In this document: positions 25,654-33,147 of the stretch, piece by piece
Layout of the letters: each line of letters starts with the position of its first letter
How positions within the stretch are numbered: the first letter of the stretch is position 1
Source: Candidatus Sumerlaeota bacterium
GTDB taxonomy: Bacteria; Sumerlaeota; Sumerlaeia; UBA8349
Length of the DNA: 33,147 nucleotides
Direction of reading: 5' to 3'
NCBI GenBank assembly: GCA_035353095.1
Contig: DAOPYU010000001.1
Location: 1 to 33,147, forward strand
Position numbers and translations under genes: made by a program
The notes under the pieces: generated by a model
Databases searched by the model: none
Seen by the model: only the letters and a program-made list of their open reading frames with translations
Told to the model about the DNA's origin: nothing

Positions 25654-26295
25654 ATGCCTCACTACTTGACAAAACGGCAACGCGAAATCCTGACTTTTCT
25701 CGACGATTTCATTGCGGCGAAGGGGTATTCCCCCTCGCTTGAGGAAATATGCGCGGGCTTGGGACTTTCGTCCCTGGCGACGGTCCATGTGCATTTGAAA
25801 AATCTCGATGAAAAACGGATGATCCGGCGGATGCCGAATCGGGGACGCTCCATCGAGTTGACTCCGGCGGGGCTGAAATGGCGGGCGCAGAAAACCGAAA
25901 AGAAAACGGCTGGCTGGATCGCGATCCCCCTGTTGGGTCGGGTGGCTGCCGGCACGCCCATCGAAGCCATCGAAACGCCCGAGCAGATCGAAGTCCCGGC
26001 CGATTTTGTCCGGGGACGCGAGGCGTTCGTTCTCAAGGTTCAGGGCGATTCCATGATCAACGAACAGATTCGCAACGGCGATCTGGTGATTGTCGAGAAA
26101 CGTTCAACCGCGGAAAATGGGGAAACGGTGGTGGCGCTGCTCGACGATTCCGAAGCGACGGTCAAGAAGTTCTACCGCGAACCGGACGGCCGTGTGCGGC
26201 TCCAGCCGGCGAACGACTCCTTACAACCGATTGTCGTCGAATCGGCTGCATGCACGATTCAGGGCGTGGTGATCGGTCTGTTGCGCAAGTATTGA
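25654..26295 (+). CDS. lexA: LexA SOS repressor / S24 autopeptidase
   Basis: N-terminal winged HTH (LTKRQREILTFLDDFIAAKGYSPSLEEICAGLGLSSLATVHVHL). Cleavage site LLGRVAAGTPIEA. Ser nucleophile VQGDSM and Lys in ATVKKF. GGAGGGG RBS before ATG 25654. Confidence 0.93.
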   Translation: MPHYLTKRQREILTFLDDFIAAKGYSPSLEEICAGLGLSSLATVHVHLKNLDEKRMIRRMPNRGRSIELTPAGLKWRAQKTEKKTAGWIAIPLLGRVAAGTPIEAIETPEQIEVPADFVRGREAFVLKVQGDSMINEQIRNGDLVIVEKRSTAENGETVVALLDDSEATVKKFYREPDGRVRLQPANDSLQPIVVESAACTIQGVVIGLLRKY

Positions 26296-26337
26296 AAACC
26301 GCAGTTGAGCGCCAACGGCGCTTCAACTGCGGTTTTC
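26294..26337. terminator. roughly 20-bp-stem hairpin between convergent lexA and the activase-fusion gene; contains the 26-nt string shared with 15289-15314
   Basis: GAAAACCGCAGTTGAGCGCC-AAC-GGCGCTTCAACTGCGGTTTTC with one bulged base. It begins inside the lexA stop codon and ends 5 nt before the stop of the minus-strand gene. Confidence 0.65.
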
Positions 26338-26341
26338 AGGT

Positions 26342-29300
26342 TCATCGCCCCGCATACTCGGGTTGGTGTCGGTCCGGACGTTCCTCGAAAAACTGTTTCG
26401 CCTGATACACGAAGGCCTCGAGCCGCAGTTGCAGATTCAGTTCCTGTTGCCCCGTATAGGCGGCGTGGAAGACCGGAATGTTGTGGTGATCGCGACGGAC
26501 CCGCGTGAAGAGCGCCGAACAGATCGAGCCGGGCATGCAGGTGAACGGCATGGTGTTGACGACGCCGCAGACGCCCTCGTGGCGGATCAGTTCGACCGAC
26601 TTGCCGATGGTCAGGATCGCCTCACCGTAGAAACTGGAATCCAGGTAGGGCTTGGCCATTTCAAACAGCGTCTGGGGACCGGCGTCCGGTTCGAGGCCGA
26701 ACAGGGAATACGCTTTCTTTTCATCGAAGTTTTGGACACCGCGCGTCGCCAGCCCCTTGAGCGCCTTCAGATGGTGGCCCCGGGCGCGATGTTCCTGTCC
26801 CCGAATCTCACTCAGATAGTGGAACCATTCTCCCATGGTGGGAATCATGACTTCCGCGCCCAGTTGCTCCAGAGTGCGCACCACGCTGTTGTTCGCGTAT
26901 TCGTTGGTTCGGACGTACACTTCTCCGACCACCCCGATGCGGGGACGGTTTGGGGCGTCCAGGCGCCGTTCGATTATTTTCCACCGGGCGGCCAGCTGCC
27001 TCATCGTTTCCCAGAGGGAGTCACTTCCGCGGGCGATGGCTTCCGATACGGCCTGAACGGATTCCTGGAACAAGGCGTCGCTTTCCCCGGGATTCTGTTC
27101 GTAGGGGCGGGTCTTCAGGAGTATTTTCTCCAGAACGTCCACGCAGACGACCGCCTGCCAGGCATGCCGCTCGAAGTTCTTGCCGATACTCGACGTGGTT
27201 TCGATCCATTCGTTCCCCTGTTCCAGAGAAAGGATGGGAACCTCTTCGAGTCCCAGTTTGTCGAGCACATGGCGGTGCAGGCAGTGGTACTGGCCGAACC
27301 GGCATGGCCCGTCGGTTGAGGCCATGAAGAACGCCGAACGGTTCGGATTGAAGTCGGGACGGCGAGTTTGCCGCACCATATCCCCCGTCGTCAGCAGGCA
27401 GGGGTAGCATTCGCGTCCGGACGTGTAGCGGCGGCCCAGTTCCAGCGATTCCTCATTGGACGGGTCCATCGCCACGGCCTCGACCCCCATCGAGCGGAAA
27501 GCGCCCGCCAGCGCATGGGCGTGGGGGGACATGCAGGGGATGTAAAGGCGGCGGTGATTCGAATACACACGGGGCGCTTCTTCCTCGGTCGGGCCGGTCT
27601 TTCTCCGCTCGCGGTCGAGATTGCGCAACGTGTCGAGGAACGCTTCGCATCGCGTTAACAGTCCCGCGTCGGCGCTGTGTTCGTCAATTTCGAGTTGGAG
27701 GTAGGGCTTGCCGGACATTTCCTGCCGGAAGAAGTCGAGCAGGAACGAGTCGGGGCCACAGCTGAAGTTCGTGACATAAACGCCGAACAGGTTGGGATTC
27801 TGGCGGATGAGGGTCGCCGCTTTCATGATGCGCTGACCGTAGCGCCAATAGACTTTCCGCCACCGTTCCGGCAGGCGCATCGAGCGGAGGGGGAGCATTT
27901 CCATCGGAATCGGGAGAACGCCGAGGCTCCGGAATTTCCGGGACAGGTCCAGGTTCATGCCGGGATCGCATCCGTTGTAGGGCCGCGCGACGATCACTAC
28001 GCTCGGGGTCTCGGGATCGAGGTTCTCGAGAATCTCGCGGCCTCGTTCCTCGAGGGTGTGGTAGAAATTTTCCTGGGCGGCGTGAGCCAGCCGCAACGCC
28101 CGGCGGATTTCCGCCTTGCTCGATTGCAGCGTCTTACCATGCTGGATCAATTCCTGCTCCAGGTGTTGTTGCCCCCATTGAAAATGGAGGACCGGACTGA
28201 ACACCCGGATGCCCTGCGCTTCCGGGTCTATTGAACTGCGCAGGGTATAGGGAAGCGACTGAACCAGCGGACAGTTGAAGACCGCCGCGTCCTGGGGGCC
28301 GAAGTCCTCATTCTCGGAGTTGATCAGGCTGGGCAGAAAGATCAGGTCGGGCGACTGGGCCATCAGTTCCAGCACGTGTCCGTGCGCGATTTTTACCGGA
28401 AAACAGGTCTCGAAGACCACTTTCTCAACTCCCTGCCGGACGACCGAGGTCGTGGTGGCGCCGGAGAGAAGAATCTGAAAGCCCAGCGACTCGAAGAACG
28501 CGCGCCAGAAAGGAAGCACGTCGTAAAACGACAAGGCCATCGGGATACCGACGGTCCCCTTAACTTGAATATCCTTTTGCGGCTCGGCGGGGGTGGATTC
28601 TCCCAGCAGCAGGGCGTGGCGTTCGGCAAACAGGTCGGGCAGATGATCGGCGACCGAGGAATGGCGGTCCACGTCGTATTTCTCGCACCGGCTGCCGGAG
28701 TAAACCGGACGCTGTCCCTCGAACTGGACCCGACGGATCTCGCAGAGGTTGTCGCACGAACGGCAGACAAAAGAGTTGATCTTGAAATCTTCCTGACTGA
28801 AATTGAACCCCCGGAAACGGGTCCGGACCGCCTCGCCTCGCTCGCGCGCTTCCCGAGCGTTCTGGCGGGCCAGCAGCGCCGCGCCGATGGCCCCGGTCAC
28901 TTCATGGTGGGGAGGGACGATCACCTCTTTTCCTGTCACCTGATTGAACGCGGCCACGACCGCCTTGTTGAACGCCGTTCCCCCCTGGAAGAAAATCCGG
29001 TCGCCTACCCGCCGTTCCCCCACCACCCGGTTCAGGTAGTTGTGGACGATCGAGTAGGCCAGGCCCGCCAGCAGGTTCGAGGTCGCGGCGCCCTGCTGCT
29101 GGTGGTGAACCAGGTCCGACTCCATGAAGACCGTACACCGATCCCCCAGGCTCACCGGCGAGTCGGCGTCCAGGGCCAGTGGACTGAATTCTTCTTTCAA
29201 CTCCACACTGAGGCGCTCGGCCTGTTCTTCGAGGAAGGATCCCGTTCCCGCCGCGCAGGCGCGGTTCATCTCGAAATCGCACACCGTTGCCTGGTCAATG

Positions 29301-30610
29301 CTGATATACTTCGAGTCTTGGCCGCCGATCTCGAAGATGGTGTCCACGGTCGGGTCAATCCAGATTGCGGCGGTGGCCTGTGCGGTGATTTCGTTTCGGA
29401 TGATGTCGGCGCCGACCAGTTCACCGATCAGGTAACGGCCCGAGCCGGTGGTACTGACCCCTCGGACCTCGATCCGGTCTCCGATTTCCGCCTCAATTTC
29501 AGCCAACCCTTCCTGGACGGCTTCGATGGGGCGGCTGGCCGTTCGCAGGTACCGCTTGGCCAGCAGCCGCCCGTCGGCGTCCAGGGCGATCACGTTGGTA
29601 CTGATGGAACCGACATCAATCCCCAGATAGGCTTCGATTTTCTTCTCAGCGTTCTGTTCTTCCAGAAGAGGGACCCCATTATCGGGGAGCCCTGCCGCCG
29701 TCAGGAAGGGACGCAGACGGGGCAGGTTGTGCGCCGAGTGGATTCTGGGAGTCTTCAGGTATTCGCGCAGAGCCTGGGCGCCCCGGAATTCGGTTTGCGT
29801 GTTGTGGCTTTGCAGTCGCCACGCCGCGCCCAGTGCTCCCAGGGTCCTGTGGTGGGGCGGGACGATCAGTTCGTCCGGTTCGAGTTCGAGCACCTCACGA
29901 AAAGCGCGAACCATTCCGGCATTCGAGGCCACTCCACCCAGAAAGGCCACCGGCCGTTCAAACTCTTTGCCTTTCCCCACCGTCGAGACGAAGCTGCGCG
30001 CCAGGGCCAGACACAGCCCCATTGCAATATCGGGGACCGGTGTGGCCACCTGCTGGAGGTGGATCATGTCGGACTTGGCAAAAACGCTGCAGCGCCCGGC
30101 AATGCGGGGAGGGGTACTGGATTCCAGGGCCAGTTTCCCGAATTCTTCTTCGATCGCGACTCCGAGTCGAGAAGCCTGCTGGTCCAGGAACGATCCCGTT
30201 CCTGCCGCGCAGAGCGAATTCATGGAAAAATCGCGCAGGCTGGCATCCGCCAGGCCGGCAGTCGAGTCGAACACCAGAAGTTTGGCGTCTTGTCCCCCGA
30301 TTTCAATCGCGGTCGGAGTCTGGGGACACACCCGGCGCAGGCCGACGCTTTGGGCCACAATTTCATTGACGCTCTGGCCACCCAGAATGCGGGTCAGATG
30401 ACCCGATGCCGAACCGGTCACCGCCACCCCCGCGACGGTATCCTGAGGAAAACGGGATTCCAGTTCTTCGAGCGCGTCGAGCGCCGTCTGATAAGTCTGG
30501 CCGTGGGTACGTCGGTAATCTTCAAAGAGTACCTGTCCCTGAGAATCCAGAACGGTGGTCTTCAGGCTGACCGATCCGGCGTCGATTCCCAGCCAAATCC
30601 GATCTGCCAT
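26342..30610 (-). CDS. giant fusion protein: two tandem BcrA/BadF/HgdC-type (2-hydroxyacyl-CoA dehydratase activase-like) ATPase domains, a Cys-rich linker, and DUF2229 / HGD-D-like C-terminal domains
   Basis: ATG 30610 is preceded by AGGAGG. Two actin-fold ATPase domains (LGIDAGSVSLK...EIGGQDAK...CAAGTGSFLDQQ...RCSVFAKSD and LGIDVGSISTN...EIGGQDSK...CAAGTGSFLEEQ...RCTVFMESD). Linker CRSCDNLCEI-x17-C. Then GIPMALSFYDVLPFWRAFFESLGF...ETCFPVKIAHGH (DUF2229-like) and a PRIGVVGEVYVR... second half. Confidence 0.85.
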   Translation of the reverse strand: MADRIWLGIDAGSVSLKTTVLDSQGQVLFEDYRRTHGQTYQTALDALEELESRFPQDTVAGVAVTGSASGHLTRILGGQSVNEIVAQSVGLRRVCPQTPTAIEIGGQDAKLLVFDSTAGLADASLRDFSMNSLCAAGTGSFLDQQASRLGVAIEEEFGKLALESSTPPRIAGRCSVFAKSDMIHLQQVATPVPDIAMGLCLALARSFVSTVGKGKEFERPVAFLGGVASNAGMVRAFREVLELEPDELIVPPHHRTLGALGAAWRLQSHNTQTEFRGAQALREYLKTPRIHSAHNLPRLRPFLTAAGLPDNGVPLLEEQNAEKKIEAYLGIDVGSISTNVIALDADGRLLAKRYLRTASRPIEAVQEGLAEIEAEIGDRIEVRGVSTTGSGRYLIGELVGADIIRNEITAQATAAIWIDPTVDTIFEIGGQDSKYISIDQATVCDFEMNRACAAGTGSFLEEQAERLSVELKEEFSPLALDADSPVSLGDRCTVFMESDLVHHQQQGAATSNLLAGLAYSIVHNYLNRVVGERRVGDRIFFQGGTAFNKAVVAAFNQVTGKEVIVPPHHEVTGAIGAALLARQNAREARERGEAVRTRFRGFNFSQEDFKINSFVCRSCDNLCEIRRVQFEGQRPVYSGSRCEKYDVDRHSSVADHLPDLFAERHALLLGESTPAEPQKDIQVKGTVGIPMALSFYDVLPFWRAFFESLGFQILLSGATTTSVVRQGVEKVVFETCFPVKIAHGHVLELMAQSPDLIFLPSLINSENEDFGPQDAAVFNCPLVQSLPYTLRSSIDPEAQGIRVFSPVLHFQWGQQHLEQELIQHGKTLQSSKAEIRRALRLAHAAQENFYHTLEERGREILENLDPETPSVVIVARPYNGCDPGMNLDLSRKFRSLGVLPIPMEMLPLRSMRLPERWRKVYWRYGQRIMKAATLIRQNPNLFGVYVTNFSCGPDSFLLDFFRQEMSGKPYLQLEIDEHSADAGLLTRCEAFLDTLRNLDRERRKTGPTEEEAPRVYSNHRRLYIPCMSPHAHALAGAFRSMGVEAVAMDPSNEESLELGRRYTSGRECYPCLLTTGDMVRQTRRPDFNPNRSAFFMASTDGPCRFGQYHCLHRHVLDKLGLEEVPILSLEQGNEWIETTSSIGKNFERHAWQAVVCVDVLEKILLKTRPYEQNPGESDALFQESVQAVSEAIARGSDSLWETMRQLAARWKIIERRLDAPNRPRIGVVGEVYVRTNEYANNSVVRTLEQLGAEVMIPTMGEWFHYLSEIRGQEHRARGHHLKALKGLATRGVQNFDEKKAYSLFGLEPDAGPQTLFEMAKPYLDSSFYGEAILTIGKSVELIRHEGVCGVVNTMPFTCMPGSICSALFTRVRRDHHNIPVFHAAYTGQQELNLQLRLEAFVYQAKQFFEERPDRHQPEYAGR

Positions 30611-30950
30611 GGGAATTTCCCTCCTGGTTTTCTTGAAATGGTCCCCCGCTGGTACGTGAGTCATGATATCCAACTCAGCCTTTCTTCAAGAACTGCTTTC
30701 TGAAACGATCAGAAAGACTCTCGAATCTAAAAGCCAAATCCGTACCATCTCTTCCCGCATCGGTCCAGTATTTTTGTTTCCTTTATGAGGCGTTGTCGAA
30801 TAACGAGTTACTATTTCATCAAAGCGCCGTTTCGCGACGGACATTTCCGGCTTCTGTCATTCTGTGCCCGTACACAGGGCAATAAATGTCAGACTCTTGG
30901 GTCGAATACTTCTGGAAACAAATCCCTTCGCCGGTTGTCTGCCGGTAAGA

Positions 30951-30989
30951 TGAATACGAAAACACCCGGCCTCCTTGTACGAGGACGGG
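30951..30989 (-). terminator. possible intrinsic terminator downstream of the aldolase-like gene (minus strand)
   Basis: On the minus strand: CCCGUCCUC-GUACAAG-GAGGCCGGG (9-bp stem, 1 mismatch) followed by UGUUUUCGUAUUC. Confidence 0.4.
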
Positions 30990-31032
30990 GAACAAATTTC
31001 AATTTCAATTGCGTGAAATCACGCTGCGCGAC

Positions 31033-32022
31033 TTAGAAATCTTCCATCGCCTTGTAAAAACCAAGGTAATCCGTACTTTCGCTTTCCAGAAACTTGATCG
31101 CCTCACGTGGATGCTCGTTGAACTGTCCCGTAATCATGTAGGGAATATCGTACCCCCATTCGGTCGTTGTGCGCAAGGGGAGAAAGGCATTTGTGATGCA
31201 ATTCAGGATCGGGCGGATGTCAAACTTGGGATTGCGCAGGAAGCCCAGTAACAGTTCCATGGGACAGTTTCCGGCGCCCCGGCCAAGCCCGTAAATTGTT
31301 GCATCGAGGTAACTTACGCCAATAGTCAGGGCCTGAATGGTGTTGGCGAAGGCCAACTGCTGGTTATTATGGGCATGGATACCCACCTCTTTGCCTGCAC
31401 TTTTCATGATTTCGAGGTAACCCATGGCCAGGTCCCGGGTGGTTTCCGGGTACAATGACCCGAAACTGTCCACCAGATACATGACATCCACGGGCGACTT
31501 GGCGATGACCTCGAGGCCGTCGCACAACTCGCGTTCCGAGACGCGCGAAATAGACATCAGGTTCAGGGTCGTCTCATATCCCTTGTCGTGTGCGTCCCTG
31601 ACCAGATCCAGCGCGCCCGGAATCTGATGGATGTAACAGGCCACGCGGACCATGTCAATCACACTCTGATCTTTGGGCAGGATATCGGTGTGGTAATCGG
31701 TCCGGTGCGAATCGGCCATGACCGACAGTTTGAGAGCATGCGGGCTGTCCCCGATGACACGGCGCAGGTCATCCTCTTTACAGAACTTCCACGGACCGTA
31801 GTCGTTGACGGAAAAGACCCGTTGGGAAGATTTGTACCCCAGTTCCATATAGTCCACGCCGGCAGCCGCACAGGCGTCATACACGGCCCGCACAAAACCG
31901 TCTTCGAAGCGGGCGTTATTGACCAGAGAACCGTCTCGGACTGAACAATCGAGGACCTTGATGTCTGGACGAAACTCCACTAAATTCCCCTTTGCCGCGT
32001 CATCTCGATGATGTAATAACAT
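31033..32022 (-). CDS. HMGL-like / pyruvate carboxyltransferase-domain (DRE-TIM) aldolase-family protein
   Basis: VLDCSVRDGS (substrate/metal Asp), GVDYMELGY, YLVDSFGSLYP, VGIHAHNNQQLAFANT and GLGRGAGNCPMELL are DRE-TIM metallolyase blocks. AAGGAG RBS. GC content is visibly lower than in neighbouring genes. Confidence 0.7.
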   Translation of the reverse strand: MLLHHRDDAAKGNLVEFRPDIKVLDCSVRDGSLVNNARFEDGFVRAVYDACAAAGVDYMELGYKSSQRVFSVNDYGPWKFCKEDDLRRVIGDSPHALKLSVMADSHRTDYHTDILPKDQSVIDMVRVACYIHQIPGALDLVRDAHDKGYETTLNLMSISRVSERELCDGLEVIAKSPVDVMYLVDSFGSLYPETTRDLAMGYLEIMKSAGKEVGIHAHNNQQLAFANTIQALTIGVSYLDATIYGLGRGAGNCPMELLLGFLRNPKFDIRPILNCITNAFLPLRTTTEWGYDIPYMITGQFNEHPREAIKFLESESTDYLGFYKAMEDF

Positions 32023-32255
32023 GAATCCAGGCTCCTTTCCACCTCTAGAACCCCTATTTCAAGCACGGTCGCCCGATTTTTGTCAATAAATCTTTGGTTT
32101 TTGTTGAAAATGGGGCCGGATTCTCCGAAGAATTGCAGAGAACAAGGAACTATCCGGTTTTTCCGGTGTCTGTTTGAGGTGTGGCTCGTTTGGTTGGCTG
32201 AATAAACTTCGAAAAAGGTCTCAAACAGCATTTTCCCAGTCAAGGAGAGCGTCTT

Positions 32256-33147
32256 ATGAAAAAGAATACGGTTGGAAAATATGGGGTTATGCGGTTCATT
32301 CTGATTCTCTGGGCCTTGGCGTTCTGCGTGGGGGGAAGTGCGTTGGCGCAGGGTACTTTGTACCTCCACGATCCGGGGATTCGTATCGAGGGGGAACCAT
32401 CGGCTCGAGAGGTGGCGATACAACCGGTCCCGCGTCCTCCGGATCAGCCGCCCCGTTGGGATGTCCCCCCGGCAGAACTGGTTCGCCTGAAGGTTCAGGT
32501 GGAAATCCGCGATCAGGTGGCCGTGACGGAGTTGGATCAGGTCTTCCGCAACCCCTCGAATCGGCGGCTCGAGGGCACCTATCTGTTTCCCCTTCCGCCC
32601 GATGCGGCGGTCAAGGACATGAGTCTGTACATTGACGGCAAACCGGTCGAGTGCGAGGTGGTCGAGGCACAGAAGGCCCGGCAGATCTACGAAGGCATTG
32701 TCCGCAGCATGCGCGACCCCGCCCTGCTCGAATATGTCGGACGCGATCTGGTCCGGTTGCGAATTTTCCCCATCGAACCGCTTCAGGAACGCCGGGTGAC
32801 GTTCAAGTACAGTCAGGTGATGCGGCGCGATTTCGATCTGTTTGTGTATTCCTACCCCCTTATTGGACGCGATCAGGCGCAGCGTCCCATCGGCGAGTTC
32901 GAATTGAAGGGGATGGTGGCGACGCAACTGCCGATCACTTCGATCTATTCGCCCACGCATGACGTTGTGCTGGATCGCCGAAGCGACACGCAGGTCAAGT
33001 TTTCCTTCAATCAGAAGAACCAGGCGCCCCAGCGGGATTTCAAACTCTATATCGGGACGCACAAGAGCGAACTGGGCGCCGACCTGATTGCCTATCGCGA
33101 TACCGACGGCCCCGGTACGTTCATGCTGCTTCTGGCGCCCCAGATGG
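32256..33147 (+). CDS. secreted VIT-domain protein (typically VIT plus von Willebrand factor A), 3'-truncated at the window edge; absent from the ORF track
   Basis: My own translation from ATG 32256 (AAGGAGAG RBS) is open to the window end. It reads MKKNTVGKYGVMRFILILWALAFCVGGSALAQG (signal), then LKVQVEIRDQVAVTELDQVFRNPSNRRLEGTYLFPLPPDAAVKDMSLYIDGKPVECEVVEAQKARQIYE, the characteristic VIT pattern. The antisense ORF 31980..33062 is Arg/His-rich with no recognisable motifs. Confidence 0.7.
   Translation, partial: MKKNTVGKYGVMRFILILWALAFCVGGSALAQGTLYLHDPGIRIEGEPSAREVAIQPVPRPPDQPPRWDVPPAELVRLKVQVEIRDQVAVTELDQVFRNPSNRRLEGTYLFPLPPDAAVKDMSLYIDGKPVECEVVEAQKARQIYEGIVRSMRDPALLEYVGRDLVRLRIFPIEPLQERRVTFKYSQVMRRDFDLFVYSYPLIGRDQAQRPIGEFELKGMVATQLPITSIYSPTHDVVLDRRSDTQVKFSFNQKNQAPQRDFKLYIGTHKSELGADLIAYRDTDGPGTFMLLLAPQM

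Noticed and set aside
28376-30703. 775-aa plus-strand ORF (and 26363..27319, 318 aa) antisense to the activase-fusion gene
   Set aside because: The minus strand encodes two textbook actin-fold ATPase domains. The plus-strand products are Gly/Arg/Asp-rich shadow translations.
30785-31036. 83-aa plus-strand ORF in the aldolase-activase intergenic region
   Set aside because: It is highly basic, has no RBS, overlaps the terminator-like hairpin, and runs antisense to the direction of transcription of both flanking genes.
31980-33062. 360-aa minus-strand ORF at the right end of the window
   Set aside because: The plus strand from 32256 has an RBS, a signal peptide and a clear VIT-domain pattern and stays open to the window end. 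The minus-strand ORF has no motifs, so it was replaced by the partial VIT gene.

Overview
High-GC (about 60% by eye) bacterial chromosomal window with 21 supportable protein-coding genes. I recognised no rRNA, tRNA, CRISPR array, transposase or integrase. Housekeeping genes are interleaved with accessory genes: a 5'-truncated sigma54 activator, a Thermotoga-type DAHP synthase, folD, dnaN and lexA. The main accessory block (about 8.0-25.5 kb) looks like a PVC-superphylum-style (Planctomycetota/Verrucomicrobiota-like; inferred from gene content only) sugar oxidation and isomerisation island. It starts with a secreted 7-bladed SBBP beta-propeller protein followed by a D-lyxose-isomerase-like cupin. 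It then has a two-gene module present twice in tandem: a Tat-signal Gfo/Idh/MocA oxidoreductase plus a secreted HEAT-repeat protein, with the second HEAT copy fused to a DUF1080 (3-keto-disaccharide hydrolase) domain. Next come a PMI-like cupin, two xylose-isomerase-like TIM barrels (one resembling ketose 3-epimerases), a TPR lipoprotein and a third, cytoplasmic Gfo/Idh/MocA enzyme. Right of lexA lie a single 1422-aa fusion protein (two BcrA/HgdC-type activase ATPase domains plus DUF2229/HGD-D-like domains), a low-GC HMGL-like aldolase, and a 3'-truncated VIT-domain protein that the ORF track omits. Non-coding highlights: (1) a roughly 200-bp nested palindromic element at 15.3-15.5 kb whose left flank shares an exact 26-nt string with the hairpin downstream of lexA; (2) an unusually long AT-rich hairpin made of tandem decamers after the GT39 gene; (3) a near-consensus promoter upstream of lexA with an embedded palindrome that matches none of the LexA boxes I know. 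The many long antisense ORFs in the track are GC-driven shadow ORFs. All family calls come from motif recognition by eye and no searches were run.
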